A stretch of DNA of 64,000 nt from an uncultured Candidatus Saccharibacteria bacterium (GCA_964400155.1 CAYNSQ010000001.1:31938-95937); one strand, 5' to 3'; numbered from the stretch's first letter, positions 9,653 to 18,809 are shown. Numbers and translations are program-made. Notes: a model not told the origin generated them from the letters alone.

Positions 9653-9865
9653 ATGGGAAATAGAATAAAAACAACGAATGAACGATTAAAACTCGAACAT
9701 ATTGAAGGGCCTATTCCGGGATCATTCATGATGGACGCATACCAACGCGCAGGGGCAGAAGAAAGAGCCCGACGAATCGTTTTAGAACTAGGTTACGAAC
9801 TTGGCCCGGAGGAACATCGCTCATATCAAGAAATATTGAAATTCATACAGTCCCAAGAAGACTGA
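9653..9865 (+). CDS. small hypothetical protein (70 aa)
   Basis: ATG preceded by a strong RBS (AAGGAGAAAATAA ATG). Charged helical sequence (EERARRIVLELGYELGPEEHRSYQEILKF). No family assigned. Confidence 0.45.
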   Translation: MGNRIKTTNERLKLEHIEGPIPGSFMMDAYQRAGAEERARRIVLELGYELGPEEHRSYQEILKFIQSQED

Positions 9866-9886
9866 ACTACGCTATAATATATATAA

Positions 9887-10921
9887 ATGGCCAAGGAAGT
9901 TATATTAACGGGTTTAAGAAGTAATGGTGAGTTTCACCTTGGCAATTACTTAGGTGCAATTTTACCGATGGTAGAGATGCAAAAACGCCACTCTGGTGAG
10001 TACCAGATGAACATGTTTATTCCAGATCTGCACAGCTTTACTACGCCAATTGATCATGGTTCTTTGTATGAGCAATCAGTTGCTAATTTAAAAGTGTTTG
10101 TGGCGGCCGGTCTGGATATTAACAACCCAGATACTTATATTTACCGCCAAAGCTACATTCCGGCCCACTCAGAAATGACCTGGATCCTGGATTGCTTTGC
10201 CTACTTTGGCGAACTATCGCGAATGACTGAATTTAAAGATAAAAGCGGTAAACAAGAAAACGTCTCGGTTGGTTTATTTAACTATCCGGTTTTAATGGCT
10301 GCCGATATATTGCTGTACGGTGCAAAATGGGTACCAGTAGGTGATGATCAACGTCAGCATGTGGAATTCACAAGAGACTTAGGAATGCGACTAAACAATA
10401 AGTTTCCGCAATTAGGGCTTGTAGTGCCTGAAGATAACCAACAACAAACCGAGTTTGTTGGCCGAACAGAACCTGTTCGAGTTAGAAGTTTGCGTAACCC
10501 TGAAAAGAAAATGAGTAAATCAATAGACGACCCATCGGGTACGATAATGTTGAGCGATTCACCTGAAGAGGCAGCCAAGAAAGTCATGTCGGCTACTACT
10601 GATTCAAATGGTTCAATTCATTATGACTGGGGAAAACAACCTGGAGTGACAAATTTGTTACAAGTACTTGCACTACTTACGAATAAATCCAAAGAAGATG
10701 TGAGTTCTGAATGGCAAGGTAAGTCTAGCTATGGTGAGCTAAAATCAGCAACAGCTGAAGCAGTTAAGTCATTTCTAACTAATTTTCAAGTCAAGTTAGC
10801 TCAGGTAGATGAGACAAAGCTATTGGAAAAGTTAGCTTATGACGAAGCAAAAATGTCAGAGATAGCTAACACCACACTCTTAAAAGTTCAAAAAGCTGTT
10901 GGACTAAGACCAAATATATAA
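9887..10921 (+). CDS. trpS: tryptophanyl-tRNA synthetase
   Basis: Class I motifs HLGN (HIGH-like) and KMSKS are present. The TrpRS-specific GDDQRQHVEFTRDLGMRLN motif is present. 344 aa. Confidence 0.88.
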   Translation: MAKEVILTGLRSNGEFHLGNYLGAILPMVEMQKRHSGEYQMNMFIPDLHSFTTPIDHGSLYEQSVANLKVFVAAGLDINNPDTYIYRQSYIPAHSEMTWILDCFAYFGELSRMTEFKDKSGKQENVSVGLFNYPVLMAADILLYGAKWVPVGDDQRQHVEFTRDLGMRLNNKFPQLGLVVPEDNQQQTEFVGRTEPVRVRSLRNPEKKMSKSIDDPSGTIMLSDSPEEAAKKVMSATTDSNGSIHYDWGKQPGVTNLLQVLALLTNKSKEDVSSEWQGKSSYGELKSATAEAVKSFLTNFQVKLAQVDETKLLEKLAYDEAKMSEIANTTLLKVQKAVGLRPNI

Positions 10922-10924
10922 GTT

Positions 10925-11809
10925 ATGCGTAAATTAACCGTAGACGAAGCAAGTGTGGGGCTTCGAGCAGATGTATTTGTAGCTCGTGAGTTGAATGGAT
11001 TTAGTCGATCTTTAATCTCAAAACTGTTTGAAACGGGCGATGTACTTTTGGACGGAACAAAGTTAAAGCCTGGGGCTAAACTTAAACTGGATCAAAATAT
11101 TGAGATAGATGACTCTATACTTTTCGAAACACCACCCAAAATAGATATACCCATAATTTACCAAGACAAAAATGTAATTGTAGTTAACAAACCCGCAGGA
11201 GTCTTAACTCATGCAAAGGGCGGTTTTAACAACGAAGCAACAGTAGCTAGTTTTATTGCTGATAAATTGGATGGCACTATACCTAAAACTAACAAAGCCG
11301 GAATAGTCCACCGGCTAGACAGAGCAACAAGTGGTGTAATGATTTGTGCCCGCAATGAACTCACACAAAAGTTTTTGCAAAAACAATTTGCACAAAGAAA
11401 AACAAAAAAAACATACTTTGCTGTAGTAGAAGGGAAGTTGGACCAACAGAAATTAATAATTGATGCACCAATAACACGTAACCCTAAACAACCTCAGTCA
11501 TTCACGGTAAACGTTAATGGAAAATCAGCGCAAACAGTAGTAGAAGAACTGAAATTACTTGACTTGTTAAGTATATCAAAGAAAAAAGTTAGTTGTAGTT
11601 TGTTAGAGCTTAAACCAACTACCGGTAGAACTCACCAATTGCGAGTCCATCTAAAGTATATTAGCCATCCAATTGTTGGTGACAATTTATACGGTGGCAA
11701 GTTAAAAAATTGGTCTAATCTGTTATTGCATGCCGCACAACTAGAATTAACATTGCCTGGAGGAGTCAGAAAAGTTTTTAATGCACCACTGCCGGAGTAT
11801 TTCCCATGA
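10925..11809 (+). CDS. RluA-family 23S rRNA pseudouridine synthase (RluD-like) with N-terminal S4 domain
   Basis: Catalytic motif HRLDRATSGVMICARN and an N-terminal S4-like region (ADVFVARELNGFSRSLISKLFETGDVLLDG). Confidence 0.8.
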   Translation: MRKLTVDEASVGLRADVFVARELNGFSRSLISKLFETGDVLLDGTKLKPGAKLKLDQNIEIDDSILFETPPKIDIPIIYQDKNVIVVNKPAGVLTHAKGGFNNEATVASFIADKLDGTIPKTNKAGIVHRLDRATSGVMICARNELTQKFLQKQFAQRKTKKTYFAVVEGKLDQQKLIIDAPITRNPKQPQSFTVNVNGKSAQTVVEELKLLDLLSISKKKVSCSLLELKPTTGRTHQLRVHLKYISHPIVGDNLYGGKLKNWSNLLLHAAQLELTLPGGVRKVFNAPLPEYFP

Positions 11810-12687
11810 GCATAGACAGTATTCTTACAAGTAAAGAAACAGAGAATAGTATTAAAAAATTAGCAAAGAATGGCACGCAAAGTATACTTTTAGTTGGTAA
11901 AAAAGGTAGTGGACTAGAATATGTGGCACATGAATTAGCCATGCGGCTGCTGGGATTGAATGATACTAGTGAGTTATTAAAATATCCTTACTATTACCAT
12001 TTAGCCGTTGAAGAGGGCAAAAAGGAAATACCAATTGCTGAAATTAGACGTGTAATAGCTACTAGTACGCTTAAGATACCTTCTAAGCATGCTGGCATCA
12101 AAAGAGTAGTATTAATACAAAACGCAGAGAAAATGAGTCTAGAGGCCCAAAGTGCCCTTCTGAAGGACCTTGAAGAGCCGTCATCGTCAACATGCTACAT
12201 TCTTACTCAAAGTGACGGCACGTTTTTGTTGCTAACGGTCGTTTCACGCTGCCAAAAAATTGTAATTAAGTATCCTAGTCTTGAAGATGTTGTTAATCAT
12301 TACTCAAAAAAATATGAACATAAAGAAATTATGTCAGCATGGTCACTGGCGGGCGGAGCGCCGCAGCTGGTAGATGAGTTACTAAGTAATGACAATCATC
12401 CGTTAAAAACCGCAGTTGCTCAAGCAAAACAGTTCATTGAAGTCGACAAATATCACAGACTATTGATAGTTAACAAAATTTCAATAGACAAGAATACCAT
12501 TAATTTGTTTCTAGAGGCACTAGATAGAATTACCACCCATCTTATTAGATCAGCCTCTGTTGCTGGCGACCGTAAAAAAGTTCTAAATTACGGAAAAATG
12601 AATCAAATTGTTGGCGAAACAAAGCAAATGCTTGAGTCAAGTGCAAACACTAAACTGTGTCTTTTGTGGTTGGTCACCAATTTTTAG
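11806..12687 (+). CDS. holB: DNA polymerase III delta-prime subunit-like AAA+ protein
   Basis: Degenerate Walker A (LLVGKKGSG). A clamp-loader-like box is present (VVLIQNAEKMSLEAQSALLKDLEEP), and SRC (VVSRCQ) is present. The ATGA overlaps the preceding gene. Confidence 0.6.
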   Translation: MSIDSILTSKETENSIKKLAKNGTQSILLVGKKGSGLEYVAHELAMRLLGLNDTSELLKYPYYYHLAVEEGKKEIPIAEIRRVIATSTLKIPSKHAGIKRVVLIQNAEKMSLEAQSALLKDLEEPSSSTCYILTQSDGTFLLLTVVSRCQKIVIKYPSLEDVVNHYSKKYEHKEIMSAWSLAGGAPQLVDELLSNDNHPLKTAVAQAKQFIEVDKYHRLLIVNKISIDKNTINLFLEALDRITTHLIRSASVAGDRKKVLNYGKMNQIVGETKQMLESSANTKLCLLWLVTNF

Positions 12688-12710
12688 CATATTTGTTATA
12701 ATTGTAGTTA

Positions 12711-13364
12711 ATGTACGCACTTATATTGCTTCTATTTTTCGGGGTTTTAGTATATGGACATGGTAAACGTTCGGAAACAGATATAGTAGTAGTACCTAAG
12801 GGAATATCTGATAGACTTAACAAACTCTGGGAAATTGCCTATATGGGCATGCGCGAAAACAGATTTCTACGTGCCGAAAAAGCCTTACTAACAATTTTAA
12901 AGATTGATGAAAAAAACGCGGCTGCCTACAATCGTCTTGGAATCTTATACGCCAAGCAAAGAGAGTACAAAGATGCAATAGACTGTTTTGAAATAGCAAG
13001 CAGTATAGAACCAAGTGCTTCATCTTTGCATAACTTAGGACTAATATATTTTGAAACAGAGAATTACCAAAAAGCCGCTACTGCTTTTGAACAAGCACTA
13101 AAATTGGAAGATAATTTAGCTGCCCGCCATATTGCATATGCCAAGGTTCAAGAAAAACTCGGTAATGACAAGCTAATGCTTCAAGAGTTAGAGATAGCAA
13201 CTGAATTAGAACCAAATCCGGAAACATACGGTCTTTTGGCGCAAGCCTACGAGTCACGCGGAATGGCTCAAGAGGCGGAAGTAGTTAACCGTAAGTTGAA
13301 GAAATTAATAATGCCTTCCTCACGACCTAAACGCGTTCTCCGTCCCAGAAGAGTCGTAATTTAA
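12711..13364 (+). CDS. TPR-repeat protein with N-terminal signal/TM segment
   Basis: Three or four TPR-like 34-mers (AAAYNRLGILYAKQREYKDAIDCFEIASSIEP; SLHNLGLIYFETENYQKAATAFEQALKLE ...). Hydrophobic N-terminus MYALILLLFFGVLVYG. Confidence 0.6.
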   Translation: MYALILLLFFGVLVYGHGKRSETDIVVVPKGISDRLNKLWEIAYMGMRENRFLRAEKALLTILKIDEKNAAAYNRLGILYAKQREYKDAIDCFEIASSIEPSASSLHNLGLIYFETENYQKAATAFEQALKLEDNLAARHIAYAKVQEKLGNDKLMLQELEIATELEPNPETYGLLAQAYESRGMAQEAEVVNRKLKKLIMPSSRPKRVLRPRRVVI

Positions 13365-13417
13365 TCAAAACAGTTGTTCTGATACCCCTGTTATGCTAAA
13401 CTCTTAGGGGTAAAAAC

Positions 13418-13494
13418 GCCACCTTAGCTCAGTTGGTTAGAGCATCTGTTTTGTAAACAGAGGGTCGTCGGTTCGAATCCGACAGGTGGCTCCA
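13418..13494 (+). tRNA. tRNA-Thr (anticodon TGT)
   Basis: Folds into a cloverleaf. Acceptor GCCACCT/AGGTGGC, anticodon stem TCTGT/ACAGA with loop TTTGTAA (anticodon TGT), T-arm GTCGG-TTCGAAT-CCGAC, encoded CCA. Confidence 0.85.
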
Positions 13495-13532
13495 GAATTT
13501 TTGCAATGAGCAACGTTCGTTGCAAAAATTCT
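13494..13532 (+). repeat. perfect 13-bp inverted repeat (AGAATTTTTGCAA ... TTGCAAAAATTCT) directly abutting the tRNA-Thr CCA end
   Basis: Read directly from the sequence: 13-bp stem, 13-nt loop, no mismatches, no trailing T-run. Confidence 0.7.
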
Positions 13533-13645
13533 GTGACTAATCGGATGCGAACCGTTCGGTTCGGCGGACGAGAAGCACAGAGATGAGCAGAAAATGTTCT
13601 GTCTCATCGCGAGCATCGCAGGAAGGAGTACGGCAAAAAGCCGTG

Positions 13646-13668
13646 CGATATCCGACAGGTAGCTCCAG
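13646..13668 (+). repeat. decayed direct repeat of the tRNA-Thr(TGT) 3' end (T-loop/acceptor: CGATATCCGACAGGTAGCTCCAG vs CGAATCCGACAGGTGGCTCCAG)
   Basis: A ~22-nt match to tRNA positions ~56-76 with one indel and one substitution, about 150 bp downstream of the intact tRNA. Confidence 0.6.
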
Positions 13669-13687
13669 CTTTTATCGTTGTAAAAGC

Positions 13688-13789
13688 ATTTAACATTTAA
13701 CATTTTGCATTTATCATTTATTTTTCATTGATCATTGAATCATTGATAATTCAATGAGAATTGTGAATTGTAAATTGAGTATTGATCAT
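13688..13789 (+). repeat. AT-rich short tandem repeats (CATTTAA x2, CATTT-T/A, TCATTGA x3, AATTG x3) upstream of tRNA-Tyr
   Basis: Read directly: catttaacatttaacattttgcatttatcatttatttttcattgatcattgaatcattgataattcaatgagaattgtgaattgtaaattgag. Confidence 0.6.
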
Positions 13790-13875
13790 GCAGGGTTAGT
13801 GAAGCGGTCAAACACGACAGACTGTAAATCTGTTGGCATTCGCCTTCGTAGGTTCGAATCCTACACCCTGCACCA
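13790..13875 (+). tRNA. tRNA-Tyr (anticodon GTA), long variable arm
   Basis: Acceptor GCAGGGT/ACCCTGC, anticodon stem ACAGA/TCTGT with loop CTGTAAA, long variable arm (GGCATTCGCC), T-arm GTAGG-TTCGAAT-CCTAC, CCA encoded. Confidence 0.85.
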
Positions 13876-13884
13876 CAACAAAAT

Positions 13885-14898
13885 ATGCAAGAGCTTAAAG
13901 AGTTAATTGAATCATCTAAGAATATACTGATAACTTCGCATATTTCGCCAGACCCTGACGCTGTAAGTTCGACGCTATTGCTAGGGCGGACTCTAAAACA
14001 CAACTACCCCGACAAGCAAGTTGAAATGGTTCTTGAGGAATCACCTTCAAAGGACCTTGGTTTCTTAACCGATTACCAGGAAATTAAATTTCTATCATTA
14101 CTGGAATTTATAGAAAATTTCCAACCAGATTTATTTATTATTCTAGATGGTAATAGTTTCAAACGCGTATCCAGGGTAAATGGTAATGAAATTAAAGATT
14201 TATTGTCTAAAATTAGTTGCAAAACTGTCATAATTGATCATCACGAAGAAGCTGACAGGGATACTGCAGAAATATTTATCAACAACAAACGTCCTGCAAC
14301 CGCTGAAGAAGTATATGTAGTCTGTTTTGAACAGTTAATGCTTACAAAACCAGAAGATTCCGCTGAAGTAACGCTACTTGGAATTGTAAGCGATACTCAA
14401 CGGCATCGGTTTGATCATCCAGGCTACCGTGAAACTTATCGAATCGTCAGTGATTTGCTCGATGAGGGTGCCAGCATAGAAAAACTAGAAGTAAAACTTG
14501 AGCATTTCACTAAAAAGCAAATGGAAGTACTATCCGAACTTATAAAAAATATTATTGATAGTGGTGAAGGGTATACATACAGTTATGTTTCAGACGAGTT
14601 TAAGCATGAGTATATGAAGGTTAACAAAACCACTCAGTACATAAAAGATGCTTGCGATGAATTTATCAATCGCTATGTACGAGCTTTTGAAGACAACCAG
14701 TGGGGGTTTGTTGTCTATCCAGAATTAGTAAACGGGGTTGAAAAATATAGTGTAAGCATGAGGTCAGTAGTAGGTGTTAAGGACGTATCTGAAATTGCAA
14801 GGAAGCTAGGTGGAGGGGGACACAAACCGGCAGCTGGTGCTAAGCTTCAGGCTAATTCCGTTGAAGAAGCCTTAAAAATTGTTAAAGCAGCTCTTTAG
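13885..14898 (+). CDS. DHH-family phosphoesterase (NrnA-like oligoribonuclease/pAp phosphatase), paralog 1
   Basis: DHH motifs (ILITSHISPDPDAVSS; IIDHHEE) and a DHHA1 GGGH motif (KLGGGGHKPAAGA). Confidence 0.75.
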   Translation: MQELKELIESSKNILITSHISPDPDAVSSTLLLGRTLKHNYPDKQVEMVLEESPSKDLGFLTDYQEIKFLSLLEFIENFQPDLFIILDGNSFKRVSRVNGNEIKDLLSKISCKTVIIDHHEEADRDTAEIFINNKRPATAEEVYVVCFEQLMLTKPEDSAEVTLLGIVSDTQRHRFDHPGYRETYRIVSDLLDEGASIEKLEVKLEHFTKKQMEVLSELIKNIIDSGEGYTYSYVSDEFKHEYMKVNKTTQYIKDACDEFINRYVRAFEDNQWGFVVYPELVNGVEKYSVSMRSVVGVKDVSEIARKLGGGGHKPAAGAKLQANSVEEALKIVKAAL

Positions 14899-14943
14899 AC
14901 CTTTTCACTTATCGACATCTTTAGTAGAATAACAGAGATGTAC

Positions 14944-15018
14944 GCCGTTGTAGCTCAGTGGTAGAGCACCTCCATGGTAAGGAGGGGGTCACGAGTTCAA
15001 TCCTCGTCAACGGCTCCA
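14944..15018 (+). tRNA. tRNA-Thr (anticodon GGT)
   Basis: Acceptor GCCGTTG/CAACGGC, anticodon stem CCTCC/GGAGG with loop ATGGTAA, T-arm ACGAG-TTCAATC-CTCGT, CCA encoded. Confidence 0.85.
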
Positions 15019-15078
15019 CTATAATTTTGTTTTTCACAAGATGTTAACCAGTTGTAACTTCGGTGACAATCTGTTAAA

Positions 15079-15300
15079 ATGACATTAATGAAGAACAAGA
15101 GACTGTACCGCTCGGAGAGCGATAAAAAGATTCTAGGAGTATGCGGTGGACTAGCTCAATACTTCGATGTGGATCCGGTCTTGGTTCGTGTTATATATAC
15201 TTTCTTTACAATAATTACGGGTGTATTTCCAGGTATATTTGCTTATTTTATATTAGCTTGGATTATGCCTACTAAAGGTGAGGTTAAAGCTAATGGCTAA
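15079..15300 (+). CDS. PspC-domain protein (phage-shock protein C family, single TM)
   Basis: N-terminus [35 protein letters not shown] matches the PspC domain consensus. One TM follows. Confidence 0.7.
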   Translation: MTLMKNKRLYRSESDKKILGVCGGLAQYFDVDPVLVRVIYTFFTIITGVFPGIFAYFILAWIMPTKGEVKANG

Positions 15301-15493
15301 GAAGAACACTAAGAGAAAAATTGTTGGTCTTGTTTGTGACGCCTGCAAACAGCGGCACTACTACACAACTAAAAACACTATGAATACGCCAGACAAAGTA
15401 GAATTAACTAAGTATTGTCCTGTAAAAAGAGTTAGTGCAAAACAATCAGAAACAAAGAAAAATCTAGGCCGCAACGAAGCGCCCAAACGCTAA
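15293..15493 (+). CDS. rpmG: ribosomal protein L33 (only 3 of 4 zinc-ribbon Cys retained)
   Basis: ATG at 15293 overlaps the PspC-gene end by 8 nt. [47 protein letters not shown]...ETKKN is the L33 consensus (CxxC...YC). Confidence 0.85.
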   Translation: MAKKNTKRKIVGLVCDACKQRHYYTTKNTMNTPDKVELTKYCPVKRVSAKQSETKKNLGRNEAPKR

Positions 15494-15517
15494 AAAAGAC
15501 TATAATACATCAATTGC

Positions 15518-17491
15518 TTATTGATCTTTAGTAAGCTCAATAAGCGTATTGACTATTTCTGCGTGACTCCAGACTAGTGGTGATACTCCTATTTGATAGC
15601 CATTAACCGGGTCTACTTGTTCTGCAAGCACTCCACTAGATGAGCCTTTCGAAATAACCCAATTTATTAACTCCTTAGCTTTTTGTTTGTTCCCGTTTAG
15701 AACCTCATATCTAGCCACCCACAATGTACATATCATCCAAGGGTTGCCCAGGTAAGTTTTGTCGACGAGAAAGTAATTGTCGTGCTCATAACGCACAGCC
15801 CCGCCAGACGGAGAACTATCTAACAATTTTGCGATTGCTGTCTGGGCAGTGTTTTTGATACGCTCATCTGCTATTGTATCCGGGAAAAACTCAACAAAAC
15901 TGTAAAGGGTAGACATATCAAGTGTGTCGTTGTAATCAACAGTTCCATCTTGGTTGACAAGCAAACTTTTTCTGAAGGAATTAACCTCTTTCGAATAAAG
16001 TTTATCTAAAGAATTTTGAATTTTAACAGCTGCTGAGTGCCAGGTCTGGGCAATTTCATTGTGCTCAAGCTTTTGAGCAATTTTAGCAGCCTCAATTAAC
16101 GCGGCAACTGTAAGCACTACGGTATATGTATGAGTGCCAAATCTTTCTTCCCAAAGGTCGTAGCTGGGGTGAGGAAGCCCTGTCTCAACATCAATAAAAC
16201 TACTCATAAAGTTGGCGGCAGGTACAATCAGATTGTGATACGCGTGGTTTAAAAATTTCTCGTCATCAAACTTCTTAAAATACTTAGCCATTGCATAAAC
16301 CACTACAGCTGTTTCGTCTTCTTGAATTGCAAGTTCTGGGTGGTGACGATGCATTAGTGGATGCCATGTGCTGCCAATTGAGCGATCTGGTTGATATTTA
16401 TGCATCATGTAGCCATCCGGGTTAATGGTATCTATACAAAACTCAAAAAACTTTTTTGGTTCCTCTTGGTATCCAAGCTCTATAAGGGTTAACATTGTTA
16501 GACCGCCGTCTCTTGGCCAGACATAGTTATAATAATCACGACCATAGTTATAAATTGAAGAGTCGCCGCTGGCAATTATGCCGCCACGTCTGTCGGTATG
16601 AGCTTTAATCAGCATTAATGATTTTTTAAATATATCTTTATGCTCATCATCAATTTTGTTTATCGAAGGCGAAGCGATTGATAACCAGTCTCTCCAGTAT
16701 TGACGAGTTAAATCCAGACGGGTGTGAAGTCCTTGGCGTTTTAATTCATTATGAATGGACTCTGCATCAAGTTGCGAAAAAGATGCAACAACCCAGTAAT
16801 CTACTGTTGTAGAACTGTTGGAATCTATCAATACCCTTTGTCTAATAACAGTATCAACGCTGCCATGTTCAACAAGGTTTCCTTCTAGGTTGCCATCCTC
16901 CGCGTCTTTATATGTTCCGGCCTTACCTTCGATACCATAATTTCCAATTGCAAATTGGTCAAATGATTCGCCTTGGCTGTTTACTGCGCTAATTAATAAT
17001 GCACACCTTCCTTTATAGTCATAAATATAATTTCCTTCAGGTACGTATATAGCTGTGTCGCTCCGTCCATGACGCGATATCTCAAACACCTGATGCATAA
17101 ACAGTCTAACCTCTTTCTGGCTGTCTGATTGATTGGTGATTTCTATGCGTCTACAAAATGCGGTGTACTCATAATCAACAAAATCACTAAAAACAATTTT
17201 AATTTGCATATTTGAGTTAAGGGCAACTGTTTTGCCAACTAATGCATCACTTTCAAAATTAGGAATAATTTCCCAACTACCATCATCAAGCCATGAAAAT
17301 TTATCATCCACCCATACTCCTAAAAGGTGGTGGATACTTCTTGCCGTAGTCAGATTTTCCTGACCGACGTAAGGAAAATAAAAATCATGCACCAGCCCAT
17401 GCTCATTTAGTCCTACTAGCATGTGGTTGTTTCCAAGTACAACTGGCCGGCCCACTAGAAGCGCCCCTCGTTCGCATTTACCAATAGCCAT
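15518..17491 (-). CDS. glycoside hydrolase family 15 (glucoamylase/trehalase-type)
   Basis: 657 aa with an N-terminal beta-sandwich and a C-terminal (alpha/alpha)6 region. GH15 motifs are present (NYVWPRDGG; IIASGDSSIYNYGRDYYNYVW). Confidence 0.75.
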   Translation of the reverse strand: MAIGKCERGALLVGRPVVLGNNHMLVGLNEHGLVHDFYFPYVGQENLTTARSIHHLLGVWVDDKFSWLDDGSWEIIPNFESDALVGKTVALNSNMQIKIVFSDFVDYEYTAFCRRIEITNQSDSQKEVRLFMHQVFEISRHGRSDTAIYVPEGNYIYDYKGRCALLISAVNSQGESFDQFAIGNYGIEGKAGTYKDAEDGNLEGNLVEHGSVDTVIRQRVLIDSNSSTTVDYWVVASFSQLDAESIHNELKRQGLHTRLDLTRQYWRDWLSIASPSINKIDDEHKDIFKKSLMLIKAHTDRRGGIIASGDSSIYNYGRDYYNYVWPRDGGLTMLTLIELGYQEEPKKFFEFCIDTINPDGYMMHKYQPDRSIGSTWHPLMHRHHPELAIQEDETAVVVYAMAKYFKKFDDEKFLNHAYHNLIVPAANFMSSFIDVETGLPHPSYDLWEERFGTHTYTVVLTVAALIEAAKIAQKLEHNEIAQTWHSAAVKIQNSLDKLYSKEVNSFRKSLLVNQDGTVDYNDTLDMSTLYSFVEFFPDTIADERIKNTAQTAIAKLLDSSPSGGAVRYEHDNYFLVDKTYLGNPWMICTLWVARYEVLNGNKQKAKELINWVISKGSSSGVLAEQVDPVNGYQIGVSPLVWSHAEIVNTLIELTKDQ

Positions 17492-17600
17492 ATGCTATTT
17501 TCCTTACATTTACCATAAGCTATCTTGCACTGATGGCAAACAGATAATGGGTCCTGCATAGTGAAAGGTGAACAGTAAACAGTTAATGAGAATGACTCAG

Positions 17601-18809
17601 TCATGGTAGTAGTCCTTTATATGCCAGTCTCGCTCTTAAGTCTTGATATACATTCATAAAATTAATAAAGGCATCATAGGGAGAATCATATGGACTAAAA
17701 TAGGCATGGACATCGCCGTCGGAGAACCACTTTGTGCACATGTAATAATAATGGTCGCTCGTCTGTAGTTTTCGCCAATCATCAACTAGCTGAGAGTCAT
17801 TACTTTTCATGATGGCATCTTCTAATGAGTAAACAGCCTCTATGGCCTGTGCTTGCATAGGATTACCCAACCAAGCTGTTAAATCTCTTTCTGTATCAGC
17901 CCAAGTTGTAGTTATAGGCGTGTCAATAAAATCAACTGCTTCAAAAGTGTCTAGTGCTTTTGAAAAAGTCATAAATTCATGACCTGGTGTTTTTAACCAC
18001 TCATTAGGTAAATGATTTAAAAATTCAAAAATTCCTTTGTCTTCCCATTGGTGTTCTCCGAAAGTTTCATAATCCATGAACAAATTAAATATTTCTGCGT
18101 CATTAGTGTTAGACAGCCAATTTGTGAACTTATCTGCTGTTAGCGGCCATTCAACCCAATCCCTATTACCAAAACGAAATGCAATATCATCACTAAGTTT
18201 GTAGTTTTTGGCAAGCAAACGAATATTCTCTGTATAGCTTGGTCTATAAACATAGTTTGAATTGCGCCAGCCAAGTACCGGGTCCCAGCCTTCTGATAAT
18301 ATTCCCTTGAAGCCAGCTTTGTCAGCCCAATATGCCAAATCATTGTTGTATGCTAGTTCTGTATTTCTAAACACCTTTGGTGTTTGTCCAAACAGTTGTT
18401 CAATTTTTTGTTTATGAAGATCTACTTGACGTTCAAATTCCTCTAAAGAATAAAAGAAGGCAAGGCTATGATGGTAGGTTTCGGCAGCAATTTCGACTCT
18501 ACCGGTACTACAGAGTTTCTGAAAACTTTGTAGTGCTTCCGGTGCCCACATTTCTAACTGTTCAAGTACAGTACCCGTCAGAGATAAGTTAAGTCTAAAC
18601 TCAGGATGTCTTTCTAGTAACTCTAATAATTTGCTATTTGTGGGTAGGTAAGACTTGTTAGCAACTTTTTGCAAAACTTTCTTATTGGAATTTTCCAAAT
18701 TTTCATCGCCAAAATAATAATTATGGTCTTTGCTAGCGTCAAAAATTGTATAGTGTCGAAGTCTAAATGGCTGGTGGACATGCATGTAAAGTATAATTGC
18801 TTTTTTCAT
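17601..18809 (-). CDS. glycoside hydrolase family 57 alpha-glucan-active enzyme
   Basis: GH57 conserved regions: HQP (LYMHVHQPFRL), GRVEIAAE, MWAPEAL (WxPE catalytic region), DYETFGEH. Confidence 0.75.
   Translation of the reverse strand: MKKAIILYMHVHQPFRLRHYTIFDASKDHNYYFGDENLENSNKKVLQKVANKSYLPTNSKLLELLERHPEFRLNLSLTGTVLEQLEMWAPEALQSFQKLCSTGRVEIAAETYHHSLAFFYSLEEFERQVDLHKQKIEQLFGQTPKVFRNTELAYNNDLAYWADKAGFKGILSEGWDPVLGWRNSNYVYRPSYTENIRLLAKNYKLSDDIAFRFGNRDWVEWPLTADKFTNWLSNTNDAEIFNLFMDYETFGEHQWEDKGIFEFLNHLPNEWLKTPGHEFMTFSKALDTFEAVDFIDTPITTTWADTERDLTAWLGNPMQAQAIEAVYSLEDAIMKSNDSQLVDDWRKLQTSDHYYYMCTKWFSDGDVHAYFSPYDSPYDAFINFMNVYQDLRARLAYKGLLP

Noticed and set aside
9470-9886. T-box riboswitch leader for trpS
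   Set aside because: No T-box consensus (AAUUAGGGUGGNACCGCG) or specifier-loop architecture was found. The region instead contains a terminator-like hairpin and a well-initiated 70-aa ORF.
13418-13668. Intron-containing or split tRNA-Thr explaining the duplicated 3' end
   Set aside because: The first copy already completes a perfect acceptor stem with an encoded CCA. The second copy has a mismatch to the acceptor and no upstream T-stem partner. It is therefore a decayed duplicate rather than an exon.
13688-13789. CRISPR array or minisatellite
   Set aside because: The repeats are 5-7 nt, irregular and without spacers. This is far from CRISPR geometry. It is reported as simple tandem repeats instead.
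15510-15550. Inverted repeat GCTTATTGA...TCAATAAGC as a bidirectional terminator between rpmG and the GH15 gene
   Set aside because: It lies inside the last codons of the GH15 CDS and lacks a flanking T-run. It may have weak function but evidence is not sufficient.
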